From: an uncultured candidate division Zixibacteria bacterium
Lineage (GTDB): Bacteria; Zixibacteria; MSB-5A5; UBA10806
Direction of reading: 5' to 3'
DNA length: 64,000 nt
NCBI GenBank assembly: GCA_963817915.1
Contig: CAWFQL010000017.1
Location: 512,001 to 576,000, forward strand
The translations under genes and the position numbers were made by a program. Shown here one piece after another: positions 1 through 9,536 of this stretch (position 1 is the first letter of the stretch; every line of letters starts with the position of its first letter). The notes under the pieces were generated by a model. The model saw only the letters and a program-made list of their open reading frames with translations, had not been told where the DNA came from and made no database searches.

Positions 1-561
1 TCGCTCGCCGCCAAGGAAAAGCGGCAATTCAAAGAATTGCTGGTCGATATCTGCAAAATCGTAGATGGCCCGGTTTCCGCGGAAGTCACGGCCACCGATA
101 CGGCAGGTATGCTGAAAGAAGGCCATGAGCTTGCCAAAATTGCCGACAATATTGTGGTCAAAATACCCATTATCCGCGACGGCGTAGCCGCAATCAAGAA
201 GCTCTCATCCGAGGGTATCAAGGTCAACGTCACGCTCTGTTTTTCGCCAACACAGGCGCTTATCGCCGCCAAGGCAGGCGCGGCATTTATATCGCCCTTC
301 GTCGGCCGGCTCGATGATGTCTCTACTTCGGGCATGCAGTTAATAGAAGAAATCGTGACTATTTATGACAACTATGGCTATGACACTGAGGTGCTGGTGG
401 CCTCGGTAAGACATCCTTTGCATGTTGTCGAGGCCGCCATGATAGGCGCCGATATCGTCACCATGCCGTTTAATGTGATAGACAAATTGCTAAATCACCC
501 GTTAACCGATGTTGGCTTAAAGAAATTTCTCGAGGATTGGGAAAAGGTTAAGAATCTATGA
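1..561 (+). CDS. tal: Transaldolase / fructose-6-phosphate aldolase family (5'-partial, frame open from base 1)
   Basis: GPVSAEV, NIVVKIP (Schiff-base Lys), [17 protein letters not shown] and HPLTDVGL motifs. Confidence 0.92.
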   Translation, partial: SLAAKEKRQFKELLVDICKIVDGPVSAEVTATDTAGMLKEGHELAKIADNIVVKIPIIRDGVAAIKKLSSEGIKVNVTLCFSPTQALIAAKAGAAFISPFVGRLDDVSTSGMQLIEEIVTIYDNYGYDTEVLVASVRHPLHVVEAAMIGADIVTMPFNVIDKLLNHPLTDVGLKKFLEDWEKVKNL

Positions 562-1853
562 TCTCTCGATATACTCTTCCTGAAATGGCGGCCCTGTGGT
601 CCGATGAAAACAAATTCGCTACCTGGCTGAAAGTTGAAATAGCTGTTTGCGAAGCCCAGGCGCAACAGGGAGTGATTCCTCGAAACGCGGTCGCCAGAAT
701 TAAGAAGAAAGCCAAAATCAATGCCCGGCGCATCGATGCTATCGAGGCTAAAACCAATCACGATGTAATCGCGTTCCTGACTAATCTTGCTGAGAACGTC
801 GGGCCGGAAGCAAAGTATATTCATGTAGGATTGACTTCCTCAGACGTTCTCGATACTTCACTTGGCTACCTGATGAAGGACGCTGGTCTTCTCATTAAGG
901 AAAAACTTGTAGATATCTCAAAACTTCTTCGCCGCATGGCCCCCAAATATAAAGACGCTGTTTGTATAGGCAGAACTCACGGTGTCCATGCCGAGCCAAC
1001 CGTCTTTGGTCTCAAGTTAGCATTATGGTATACCGAAAGTGTTCGCAATATTAAACGGCTCGATGACGCTATTGCGGATGCCGCTGTCGGCAAGCTTTCG
1101 GGGGCGGTCGGCAATTTCGCCCATATCGATCCTCGAGTTGAAAAGATTGTTTGTGCCAAATTGGGGCTTAAGCCGGCCTTAGTATCGACTCAGGTGACTC
1201 AAAGAGATCGCCATGCATATTATCTATCAGTATTGGCTATAATCGGAGGCATGATCGAGAAAATTGCGACCGAAATTCGAAGCCTTCAAAGAACCGAAAT
1301 TCTCGAATTAGAAGAAAGCTTTTCTAAAGGCCAAAAAGGCTCGTCGGCAATGCCGCATAAGAAAAACCCCATCACCTGCGAACGGCTTGCCGGTTTGGCC
1401 CGGGTGTTGCGTGCCAATGCTCATGCGGGGATGGAGAACATGGCTCTCTGGCATGAACGAGATATTACTCATTCGTCGGTCGAACGAATAATCATTCCCG
1501 ATTCCACGATATTGCTCCATTATATGCTGGATAAGCTTAATGTCATTTTATCGAATCTCAGGATCAATACCGGCAACATGAGGCGGAATATCGAAGTAAC
1601 GCGCGGTCTGGTCTATTCACAAAGGGTGCTGCTGGCATTGACTGATAAAATGCCCAGCCGCGAGGCCGCTTATGCCGTTGTCCAAACACTGGCTATGCGA
1701 AGCTGGGAAAATGGAGAGGATTTTAGAGGTTTGATCAAATCCTCAGCCGAGGTTCAAAAATACCTCAAGCCAAAAGAGATTGACACCTTATTCGATATTT
1801 CCTACTATACCCGCAGGGCAAATATGATAATTAAAAGGGCTACGGCGATATGA
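558..1853 (+). CDS. purB: Adenylosuccinate lyase
   Basis: MISRY start, [22 protein letters not shown] signature, [13 protein letters not shown]. Confidence 0.97.
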   Translation: MISRYTLPEMAALWSDENKFATWLKVEIAVCEAQAQQGVIPRNAVARIKKKAKINARRIDAIEAKTNHDVIAFLTNLAENVGPEAKYIHVGLTSSDVLDTSLGYLMKDAGLLIKEKLVDISKLLRRMAPKYKDAVCIGRTHGVHAEPTVFGLKLALWYTESVRNIKRLDDAIADAAVGKLSGAVGNFAHIDPRVEKIVCAKLGLKPALVSTQVTQRDRHAYYLSVLAIIGGMIEKIATEIRSLQRTEILELEESFSKGQKGSSAMPHKKNPITCERLAGLARVLRANAHAGMENMALWHERDITHSSVERIIIPDSTILLHYMLDKLNVILSNLRINTGNMRRNIEVTRGLVYSQRVLLALTDKMPSREAAYAVVQTLAMRSWENGEDFRGLIKSSAEVQKYLKPKEIDTLFDISYYTRRANMIIKRATAI

Positions 1854-2470
1854 CAAAAGAAGGTTTCATCTTCCCACTACCATTTATTTTTATTGCGGTG
1901 CTGTTTTTCTATATTTCCCTAAGCCATTTTTCGATGACTTTTATCTATGTTTCAGTCGGATTCTTCTTTTTGGGTCTGCTCGTAATGCTGTTCTTCCGTG
2001 ACCCTGTAAGAAAATCCCCGAAAGGGGGAAATCTCATAATTTCGCCCGCCGATGGCAAAATCATTCGTATTAACGATGATGCCAATCAGCCGTCGCTTTC
2101 GATTTTTCTTTCGGTTACTAATGTCCACGTCAACAGGGCCCCGGTTTCAGGAGTGGTCCAATCGGTGCAATTTATCCCGGGGAAATTTCATATCGCGTCC
2201 GCTGATTCCGCCCAGAGCGAAAATCAGCGCAATGAGATCGAAATAAAAACCGATCAGGGCCTGGTGAAAATGCATCAGGTTTCCGGCTCTATCGCGCGCC
2301 GCTGTATCTTTTACAAAAAGCCGGGAGACGCTATAACAGCAGGCGAAAGAGTCGGGCTTATTAGATTCGGAAGCAGGGTGGATCTGTTTTTGCCATCGAG
2401 CGCCAAAATTGATATCACTCTAAAACGTCGGGTAGTTGCCGGAGAGACTATATTAGGAAGATTCCAATGA
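1850..2470 (+). CDS. psd: Phosphatidylserine decarboxylase proenzyme (short type)
   Basis: FFRDP, SPADG, NVHVNRAP, GLIRFGSRVD self-cleavage motif; coupled to pssA. Confidence 0.93.
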   Translation: MTKEGFIFPLPFIFIAVLFFYISLSHFSMTFIYVSVGFFFLGLLVMLFFRDPVRKSPKGGNLIISPADGKIIRINDDANQPSLSIFLSVTNVHVNRAPVSGVVQSVQFIPGKFHIASADSAQSENQRNEIEIKTDQGLVKMHQVSGSIARRCIFYKKPGDAITAGERVGLIRFGSRVDLFLPSSAKIDITLKRRVVAGETILGRFQ

Positions 2471-3231
2471 AAAATATTAAAGGCATACTGCCCGGAATGT
2501 TTACAATGGGCAATCTGGCTTGCGGCTTTATTTCAATTATCTTATCCGGCGGGGCGAGCAGCCTTGCAGGGGAATCTTTAAATCGAAATCTGAGCGAGGC
2601 CGCCTGGCTTATTATTATGGCCGCATTTCTTGATTTTCTCGATGGACTTGTCGCCCGCTTTTCAAATACGTCTTCTCGTTTCGGAGTTGAATTGGATTCT
2701 CTGGCCGATATAGTGTCATTTGGGGTGGCTCCGGCTGTAATGGTCGTGAGTTTTTCACTTATCCATCAAACGATATTTTCCTGGCTATTGGCTTTCGTGT
2801 TTCTCATGGCCGGCAGTTTCAGGTTAGCTCGATTTAATCTTTCGGCAAAATTAGAGCAGAAAGTTAATTTTCTGGGTTTGCCGATACCATCCGCGGCCAT
2901 TGCTATCGTCTCATATGTGCTTTTCTCTATTGAATTGTGGGGCTCGGTTAGAATGGAGAAATTTTTCATCATTCTCATAATGTCATCAGCGGTTCTGATG
3001 GTATCGACTATCGAATTCGAGACGATGCCCCGCTTCGATTTTTCAAAGCCGAAGAATATTGTTAAGGTAATGGGAATATTGGTTATGGCGGCGGGACTTA
3101 CGATTAACGCTTCACTCGTGATTTTCCCGTTTACGATGCTTTATATAATTTATTCCGTCGCGAAAATGATAGTCTCCATGTTTTCGGCCGGTTCTTTTCG
3201 CCCCCGCGCGAAGCTTGAACATAAAGCGTGA
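2467..3231 (+). CDS. pssA: CDP-diacylglycerol--serine O-phosphatidyltransferase
   Basis: CDP-alcohol phosphotransferase motif DFLDGLVAR...SRFGVELDSLADIVSFGVAPA, RLARFN. Confidence 0.93.
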   Translation: MKNIKGILPGMFTMGNLACGFISIILSGGASSLAGESLNRNLSEAAWLIIMAAFLDFLDGLVARFSNTSSRFGVELDSLADIVSFGVAPAVMVVSFSLIHQTIFSWLLAFVFLMAGSFRLARFNLSAKLEQKVNFLGLPIPSAAIAIVSYVLFSIELWGSVRMEKFFIILIMSSAVLMVSTIEFETMPRFDFSKPKNIVKVMGILVMAAGLTINASLVIFPFTMLYIIYSVAKMIVSMFSAGSFRPRAKLEHKA

Positions 3232-3264
3232 TTGGTTATTCGATAAATATAAAAAGGTGAGTAG

Positions 3265-3513
3265 ATGAAATTCAATGTTGACATAAAGGTGTCACTCAAG
3301 GACGGCGTGCTCGATCCTCAGGGGAAGACAATAGCCCATGCCTTGATAAATCTCGGATTCAAGAATATTGTCAATGTCAATACCGGCAAGATTTTCAAAG
3401 TTGAGATCGATGCCGAATCTGAATCCAACGCCAAAAAGGTTGCGGAAGAAATCGCGAACAAATTGCTGGCTAATTCAGTAATAGAAAAATATGATATTCA
3501 GGTTCAAAGATGA
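3265..3513 (+). CDS. purS: FGAM synthase subunit PurS
   Basis: [10 protein letters not shown] and [10 protein letters not shown]; directly upstream of purQ. Confidence 0.95.
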   Translation: MKFNVDIKVSLKDGVLDPQGKTIAHALINLGFKNIVNVNTGKIFKVEIDAESESNAKKVAEEIANKLLANSVIEKYDIQVQR

Positions 3514-4196
3514 AAATTGGAGTTGTCATATTCCCCGGTTCTAATTGCGATTACGATGCCTATCAAGCCTTCAAGATGGTCGAAGGCACATCGGTAGAGT
3601 ATCTCTGGCATGGCTCCGAGGATTTAATGGGGTCTGATCTTATTGTGTTGCCTGGCGGATTTTCCTATGGCGATTACCTTCGTTCAGGGGGTATTGCCAG
3701 ATTTTCGCCCATAATGAAAAAGGTCGTCGAATTTGCCAATGATGGCGGATCAGTTATGGGTATATGCAATGGTTTTCAGATTCTTGTCGAGACCGGTTTG
3801 CTTCCGGGCGCGATGCTGAAAAATGCGAATATGAGATTTGTCTGCAGACAGGTGAATCTGAGAGTCGAAAATAATCATACTCAATTTACGTCGGAACTCA
3901 ACAAGGGCGATTTGATAAATGTGCCGGTAGCTCATGGCGAAGGCAACTACTACGCGGATCCCAGGACTCTGTCGGAATTGGAGCAGAATGATCGAATCGT
4001 CTTTAGATACGCCGATGAAAATGGTGTCGTGACTGCCGATTCCAATCCCAATGGTTCGATGAATAATATCGCGGGTATTATAAATAATAACGGAAATGTT
4101 CTGGGTATGATGCCCCATCCTGAGCGAGCCTGCGAGAAGCTACTTGGCTCCGAAAGCGGTTTGGCATTGATAAAATCTATTTGCAATCGAAATTAG
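3510..4196 (+). CDS. purQ: FGAM synthase glutaminase subunit PurQ
   Basis: [34 protein letters not shown]. Confidence 0.97.
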   Translation: MKIGVVIFPGSNCDYDAYQAFKMVEGTSVEYLWHGSEDLMGSDLIVLPGGFSYGDYLRSGGIARFSPIMKKVVEFANDGGSVMGICNGFQILVETGLLPGAMLKNANMRFVCRQVNLRVENNHTQFTSELNKGDLINVPVAHGEGNYYADPRTLSELEQNDRIVFRYADENGVVTADSNPNGSMNNIAGIINNNGNVLGMMPHPERACEKLLGSESGLALIKSICNRN

Positions 4197-4206
4197 CGAG
4201 GGATTC

Positions 4207-4506
4207 ATGAAAGATAGAGAAATATCTTTTTTGGTTGTAGCACTGGTTTTGGCGACTATAATTGGAGGATTTATTGGTCAATTCGTTGGCGATTTGTTGC
4301 CCGATGGGGCAGTTAAGACGTTGTTTCAAAAGAACTTAGAGGTAGGTATTGGCCGCGGCGGCGTGACAATTAATGAGGTTAGGGAGCCTATCTATATTAA
4401 TCTTTATTCCATATCAATGGCATTTGGGCTGCTTATAAAAATAAATTTTGTTTCCGTTTTAATGGTAATATTGGTTATAATATATTTCAAATGGTGGTAT
4501 CTGTAA
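4207..4506 (+). CDS. Small membrane protein, DUF4321-like
   Basis: Two hydrophobic segments, IIGGFIG and INL...FGL.IKIN..SV pattern. Confidence 0.55.
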   Translation: MKDREISFLVVALVLATIIGGFIGQFVGDLLPDGAVKTLFQKNLEVGIGRGGVTINEVREPIYINLYSISMAFGLLIKINFVSVLMVILVIIYFKWWYL

Positions 4507-4524
4507 ACCTAGAGGTGAAATAAT

Positions 4525-4770
4525 ATGAATGAGATGATCCTTCTTTCAATGCCCGGCGGAGGAGAGCTAATTATTATCCTTGTGATAGTTCTGCTTCTCT
4601 TTGGCGCCAACCGTATCCCTGAAGTCGCTAAGGGATTAGGAAAGGGCATTAGAGAATTTAAAAGTGCTATGCGGGATGTCCAATCTGAAATAGATAATTC
4701 CGATAAGCCCAAAGCGCAGATTGACAAACCGAAACAGGACGACTCGACAAAGGCCGAGAAAAAAGAATGA
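4525..4770 (+). CDS. tatA: Twin-arginine translocase TatA/E subunit
   Basis: [41 protein letters not shown]. Confidence 0.95.
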   Translation: MNEMILLSMPGGGELIIILVIVLLLFGANRIPEVAKGLGKGIREFKSAMRDVQSEIDNSDKPKAQIDKPKQDDSTKAEKKE

Positions 4771-5237
4771 CTAAGACGATATTTTCAAGAGAAGATATCA
4801 ATAAAATTGCGTCATGTCTTGGCGTACCCGAGATAAATGATCATAAGGATCATTTCCATCTCAAGCTCGTTAATCATGCTGAGAAACGGCAATTATCATT
4901 GGAAATCTATCCCGAAGTATCACTTGGTGAAAAGGCCAAGGGCGCGATGATAGTTATCTACACTCAGAATTGTCATTTGCAATTGCACGACTGTTCGGGA
5001 TATGTTTTATCGGAAGAGCTTGGCGAGGTCACATTTGTATCGGAGGCGACGGGTAAAATCTCCGGACTTGTTGTTGAACGAGAGGCTGCATGCTCGCTCT
5101 ACTCCAATGCTGAACGAAGTCTTATTTCCGATGATTTTACGGCATTTGGGGTCGAGGTCATGCTATCCGGTGTGGCTTTGTCGCTTGCTGAAGACATTTT
5201 GACTTCTGGCGGCTTAAATCAGAAAAAGGATAAATAA
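4767..5237 (+). CDS. Hypothetical protein
   Basis: 156-aa ORF with ATGA overlap to tatA; no recognised motif. Confidence 0.7.
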   Translation: MTKTIFSREDINKIASCLGVPEINDHKDHFHLKLVNHAEKRQLSLEIYPEVSLGEKAKGAMIVIYTQNCHLQLHDCSGYVLSEELGEVTFVSEATGKISGLVVEREAACSLYSNAERSLISDDFTAFGVEVMLSGVALSLAEDILTSGGLNQKKDK

Positions 5238-5283
5238 TTTTTTTGGCGATTTAATAGACTAAAACGACCGATAAAGGTGTCTT

Positions 5284-5682
5284 ATGCAATTTACGCGAAA
5301 GGGCGATTACGCATTGAGGGCGATGGCCTATCTTGCAAATTCCGAAAGCCAAAATCCTCATACCATAAATGAAATCTCAGAAAAAAGCGGAGTCCCCAGG
5401 CATTTCCTCGCAAAAATTTTAAAGGATTTGACTGAAGCCGGTCTTCTCATAGCTATAAAGGGGGCCAGGGGCGGGTATTCATTGGCCAAAAATCCGGCTG
5501 AAATTAATCTATTGGATATCATGGAAGGTACTCTCGGACCGATGGCGTTAAATATCTGCCTGGAAGGTGAGAATCGATGTCCGGACTTAAAGGGTTGCGG
5601 TTTTTATCCAATTTGGCAAAGGGCTTCTGAAGCCATGCTCAATGTTTTCCGTGAAACAAATCTCCAGTCCCTTCATCATTAA
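5284..5682 (+). CDS. Rrf2-family transcriptional regulator (IscR-like)
   Basis: DYALRAM, winged HTH, GARGGYSLAK, three C-terminal Cys; heads iscS-iscU. Confidence 0.9.
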   Translation: MQFTRKGDYALRAMAYLANSESQNPHTINEISEKSGVPRHFLAKILKDLTEAGLLIAIKGARGGYSLAKNPAEINLLDIMEGTLGPMALNICLEGENRCPDLKGCGFYPIWQRASEAMLNVFRETNLQSLHH

Positions 5683-5694
5683 TTATTATTTTGT

Positions 5695-6909
5695 ATGGCA
5701 GAAAAAAATATTTATTTCGACAATATCAATACGACATTTCCGGACCCTGAGGCTGTAAAGGCGATGCTTGATGTACTGCAGTCGCATCATGGGAATCCGT
5801 CATCACATATTCATCAGGCAGGGATAAAGGCGGGATTAATTCTCGATGATGCCCGCTTGAAGGTCGCTAATTTTCTACATGCGGCGCCGGAGAATATTGT
5901 TTTTACATCGGGAGCTACTGAATCCAATAATCTGGCCATATCAGGTTTTCTATCTGCTAATCAAGAATATCAACTTGCCGTCTCGGAAATCGAGCATTAC
6001 TCAATAATAAATCAGGCAAGACGATTGAGCCAGAATGGTATCAATGTTGTCTTTTTGGATGTTGAAAAATCCGGCTTGCTCGATCTCGCGAATTTCGAAA
6101 AAGCCATCAAGGCAAGACCGACATTGGTTTCAGTGGGGTTGGCCAATCCTGAGATCGGTACTATCCAAGATTATGATTCGATCTCCGGCATCTGTAAAAA
6201 GCATGGAGCCATATTTCATTGCGATGCCACCAGCGCGGCCTCATCAATCCCAATTGATATTCAAAAATCTGGATTCGATCTCTTGACTCTTTCAGGTCAT
6301 AATTTATACGGCCCAATGGGAGTGGGAGCCTTATACATTGCACCTAAAATCAGAATATCGCCATTATGGGATGGTGGTAATCAAGAATACGGCATCCGTC
6401 CAGGCACCGAAGACCTGCCCGGTATCGCGGCCATGGGCGAGGCCTGCAATCAGCTTCAAGGCAAGATGACTCAAATCAATGAGCATTTAACAAAGCTGGG
6501 AAAGAAATTGTGGAATGGATTAGAGTCCAAAATCCCATTCATTCATTTTACGGGCCATCCCGTTAAACGGCTTCCCGGTCATGTCTCATTCTGGGTTGAA
6601 CATATAGAGGGGGAATCGCTTCTCCTTCTTCTCAATATGAATGGCGTGATGGCGTCATCCGGATCATCATGCAGTTCCAATATCAAAGGGAAAGACGAGA
6701 ATGATTTGGTAGCGTCGCATGTGTTAAGAGCGGTAGGAGTGCCATCGGATATATGCGCTGGATCGATCACATTCTCATTGGGAAAATATAATACTATCGA
6801 TGAAGTTGAATTCGTAATTTCTATCATGCCGGGGATTGTCGAGAAGCTTCTGGCAATGTCTCCAAGCTATGATGATTATTTGAAAAAAAAGGAGCTTTCT
6901 AATGGATAA
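5695..6909 (+). CDS. iscS: IscS/NifS-family protein lacking the PLP-binding lysine
   Basis: IYFDN, GNPSS.H, FTSGATESNN, IEHYS, SSGSSC and SHVL are present, but SGHN replaces SGHK. Confidence 0.9.
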   Translation: MAEKNIYFDNINTTFPDPEAVKAMLDVLQSHHGNPSSHIHQAGIKAGLILDDARLKVANFLHAAPENIVFTSGATESNNLAISGFLSANQEYQLAVSEIEHYSIINQARRLSQNGINVVFLDVEKSGLLDLANFEKAIKARPTLVSVGLANPEIGTIQDYDSISGICKKHGAIFHCDATSAASSIPIDIQKSGFDLLTLSGHNLYGPMGVGALYIAPKIRISPLWDGGNQEYGIRPGTEDLPGIAAMGEACNQLQGKMTQINEHLTKLGKKLWNGLESKIPFIHFTGHPVKRLPGHVSFWVEHIEGESLLLLLNMNGVMASSGSSCSSNIKGKDENDLVASHVLRAVGVPSDICAGSITFSLGKYNTIDEVEFVISIMPGIVEKLLAMSPSYDDYLKKKELSNG

Positions 6910-7291
6910 GGCATTTCCCTATTCTGATAAAGTAATGGATCATTTCGCAAATCCCCGCAATATGGGTGAGATCGATAATGCGTCCGGTGTCGGCAATGTT
7001 GGCAATCCCACATGCGGCGATATGATGCGGCTATACCTTAAAATCGAAAATGGGATCATTATAGACGCTAAATTCAAGACCTTTGGATGCGGCGCGGCTA
7101 TAGCGTCGTCATCGATACTTACCGAAATGCTCAAGGGCAAGCCGATAGAAGAGGCATTGAAGATCTCCAATGAAGCGGTTGCGGAAGCTCTTGGCGGGCT
7201 GCCTCCTGTGAAAATCCATTGCTCCGTAATGGCGGAGGAAGCGTTGCGGGCCGCCCTGGATGATTATGAAAAACGTCAAGAATCGAATTAG
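6902..7291 (+). CDS. iscU: Fe-S cluster scaffold IscU/NifU-N
   Basis: YSDKVMDHFANPRNMG, GNPTCGD, FKTFGCGAAIASSS, LPPVKIHCS. Confidence 0.96.
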   Translation: MDKAFPYSDKVMDHFANPRNMGEIDNASGVGNVGNPTCGDMMRLYLKIENGIIIDAKFKTFGCGAAIASSSILTEMLKGKPIEEALKISNEAVAEALGGLPPVKIHCSVMAEEALRAALDDYEKRQESN

Positions 7292-7300
7292 CTTTCCACA

Positions 7301-7449
7301 GCCGGGTTCCGCCGACCTTCGGTCGTAGAAACCCGACTTGCACATAAAATGCCCAATATGATTAGTATTTTCCGGCGTCGTAACGTATTTTTATAATTAA
7401 CACTTTTGTCGGGTTTCACCCTGAACAAAGTTCAGGGGCGGAACCCGGC
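7301..7449. repeat. Inverted pair of REP-like elements
   Basis: GCCGGGTTCCG...GAAACCCGAC (7301-7337) and the reverse-complement arms GTCGGGTTTC...CGGAACCCGGC (7408-7449). Confidence 0.75.
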
Positions 7450-7522
7450 GATAGTGTAAGAATATCCTTGACTTATATTCCTGTAAGCGATTAAATAACT
7501 GGTAATAAATATGGGAGGAAAT

Positions 7523-7864
7523 GTGAAAAAATTCATTCTTATTGCGATTTTGGGACTTGGCGCCATTGTAGTGAGTTGTGACAAGCAGAAGGCATTGGAT
7601 CGTATAATGGCTGAACCGCAGACAAAGACTTATATTCTCGGGCAATTATTATCGAATCCGGCGACTAAGGCTGAGTTGGCCGATTCAATTTTCGCTGACA
7701 GGGCTATAGCCGATGCTTATTTGAATAAGCTTTTGAGCAATGAATATTCGCGTAATGATGTTCTGAGCCGCATGATTAAGAACGATCCGACAGGCGAGTG
7801 GATTGTGACAAGGCTCGCCGATATTCCCGATATCAAGGCTAAGATGAAAGCTGTAAGCAAGTAA
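7523..7864 (+). CDS. Hypothetical helical lipoprotein
   Basis: GGAGG SD then GTG at 7523; basic/hydrophobic signal peptide with lipobox VVSC. Confidence 0.75.
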   Translation: MKKFILIAILGLGAIVVSCDKQKALDRIMAEPQTKTYILGQLLSNPATKAELADSIFADRAIADAYLNKLLSNEYSRNDVLSRMIKNDPTGEWIVTRLADIPDIKAKMKAVSK

Positions 7865-7890
7865 TTAAACTCTACAGAAATCTATTTTAA

Positions 7891-7918
7891 TGGGCGAGTA
7901 ATATCGCTCATTTTTTTT
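7891..7918 (+). terminator. Rho-independent terminator
   Basis: TGGGCGA-GTAATA-TCGCTCA followed by T8, between convergent genes. Confidence 0.65.
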
Positions 7919-8444
7919 ATTCGGTTTGTTCTTTAATGCCGGTTATTGAGAATGTCCACAGCGAAATTGCTATTCCCGCCAAAATTAACAAAAAAAGAGG
8001 GGATGAAATCAGTAGCGTGAAAAGTGATTTTAGTCCGGGGATTAATGACAAGAATGAATTACTGATATTCGATAAATGAGAATATTCATTTTTTGAAATT
8101 AATGTATTCAGCGTAGAGAACAATGATTTGGAGTTGGATAATATAGCCCCGACCAATATGAATATACAGATTGCCGCGGATGCCCAACTGATCATAATAC
8201 CTTTTGCGAGATATTTCTTTTCGGATTCAATCAAAGCGGTTTTCGCCATTACTTGTTCCGAAAATGATATTAGCGCGGTTTCTCTCATTTTCAGGCTCAA
8301 TATATCTTCCAATTGTGAATCAAGCTGAAATCTGGCTCCGCATTGAGGGCATGATTCAATATGACCAATCAGCGATTCCTGGTCGAAATCGTCCCGGAAA
8401 TCGCGCTCGATAATTTTATCGATATCTCGACAGCTATACCGCAT
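7917..8444 (-). CDS. Putative zinc-finger (ZAS) membrane anti-sigma factor
   Basis: N-terminal Cys and HIESCPQC (HxxxCxxC), two TM segments; overlaps the 3' end of the ECF sigma gene. Confidence 0.8.
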   Translation of the reverse strand: MRYSCRDIDKIIERDFRDDFDQESLIGHIESCPQCGARFQLDSQLEDILSLKMRETALISFSEQVMAKTALIESEKKYLAKGIMISWASAAICIFILVGAILSNSKSLFSTLNTLISKNEYSHLSNISNSFLSLIPGLKSLFTLLISSPLFLLILAGIAISLWTFSITGIKEQTE

Positions 8445-9087
8445 ATTTTACCCAGAGCTTTTTCAATTCGAGTTTCGCTCTGAAAAGCCAGATTTTGACA
8501 GTCCCGACCGGACAATTCATAATATCAGCAATCTCCTCATATTTTAGATCATCATAATAATGAAAAATAATGACAGCTTTCAATTCCGGCTTCAGTAATT
8601 TCATCAATTTCTGAACAGTCAATTTCAATGTATGATTATTATTTTCAGCGGCTCTCAATACATAATCTAATTCAATCGGCGCATGTTCCTTTTTTTCTTT
8701 GTTGATATGGCTTAACGCTGTATTATAGGAAATCCTGTAAAGCCAGGTTTTGAAGCTCGAACGTTTCTCGAAACGTCTTATTGAACGATATGCTCTTAAA
8801 AAAACTTCCTGGGCAATATCGGCTGCCTGATCATCAGAATGTACAAGACCATTTATCAACGTAAAGACGAAATCCTCGTATCGCTTGACTAAAACTCTAA
8901 ACGCGTCAGTATCACCGTTTCTGACAAGTTCGATAATCGTGTCATCATCTTGCGCCGCTAAGACAGCCCTAGCCTGTCTTCTGACAAATACTCCGCTTAA
9001 TGATGATACAATGGCCGATTGGTTGATTTTGCCTTCCATAATTTTCGTCTCACATTTGAATACGTAAAATATTGTGTTCAGATTCAT
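8434..9087 (-). CDS. ECF sigma-70 factor (true start probably downstream of 9087)
   Basis: ADIAQEVFLRAY, SSFKTWLYRISYN, YEEIADIMNCPVGTVKIWLFRAK. Confidence 0.92.
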   Translation of the reverse strand: MNLNTIFYVFKCETKIMEGKINQSAIVSSLSGVFVRRQARAVLAAQDDDTIIELVRNGDTDAFRVLVKRYEDFVFTLINGLVHSDDQAADIAQEVFLRAYRSIRRFEKRSSFKTWLYRISYNTALSHINKEKKEHAPIELDYVLRAAENNNHTLKLTVQKLMKLLKPELKAVIIFHYYDDLKYEEIADIMNCPVGTVKIWLFRAKLELKKLWVKYAV

Positions 9088-9146
9088 TTTTTTGAAACAA
9101 AAGGCTCATCTTCTTAAGTCTAATGGCCAAAACTAAGGAGGCAACA

Positions 9147-9536
9147 ATGTGGCAAGCAGACCCGAATTTCAACGTAGTTCTTTTGGTGGGATTGATATTT
9201 GGCATTATAGGTGCCGTACCGGTGCTTATCGCCGTATTAGCATCCAACAATTCCCAAAAGAAAAGAGAAGCTGAACTAATCCGCCTGGCAATCGAAAAGG
9301 GACAGCCATTGCCGTCATTCCCAAGGGCCGCAAAGAGCCATCTCAGCTCAATAAAGGCCGCGTTAATTTGGGCGGCGGTAGGGCTTGGCGTTATCCTGAT
9401 GTCGGTAACCGAAGGAATGCATCAATGGCAGGGTGTATCATTCGGCATGATGTTTATTCTTATTGGCCTGGCAGTAGGTATTGGCGGATGGATTGTTGGC
9501 AGACAGATAGCCAGGGACGAAGGCAGGGCGAATTAG
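9147..9536 (+). CDS. Membrane protein, DUF6249-like, divergent from the ECF sigma gene
   Basis: TAAGGAGG SD before ATG 9147; TM helix, LIRLAIEKG motif, two more TM helices. Confidence 0.7.
   Translation: MWQADPNFNVVLLVGLIFGIIGAVPVLIAVLASNNSQKKREAELIRLAIEKGQPLPSFPRAAKSHLSSIKAALIWAAVGLGVILMSVTEGMHQWQGVSFGMMFILIGLAVGIGGWIVGRQIARDEGRAN

Noticed and set aside
5251..5275. Possible IscR/Rrf2 operator (AATAGACTAAAACGACCGATAAA)
   Set aside because: Plausible position, but symmetry is too weak to support from sequence alone
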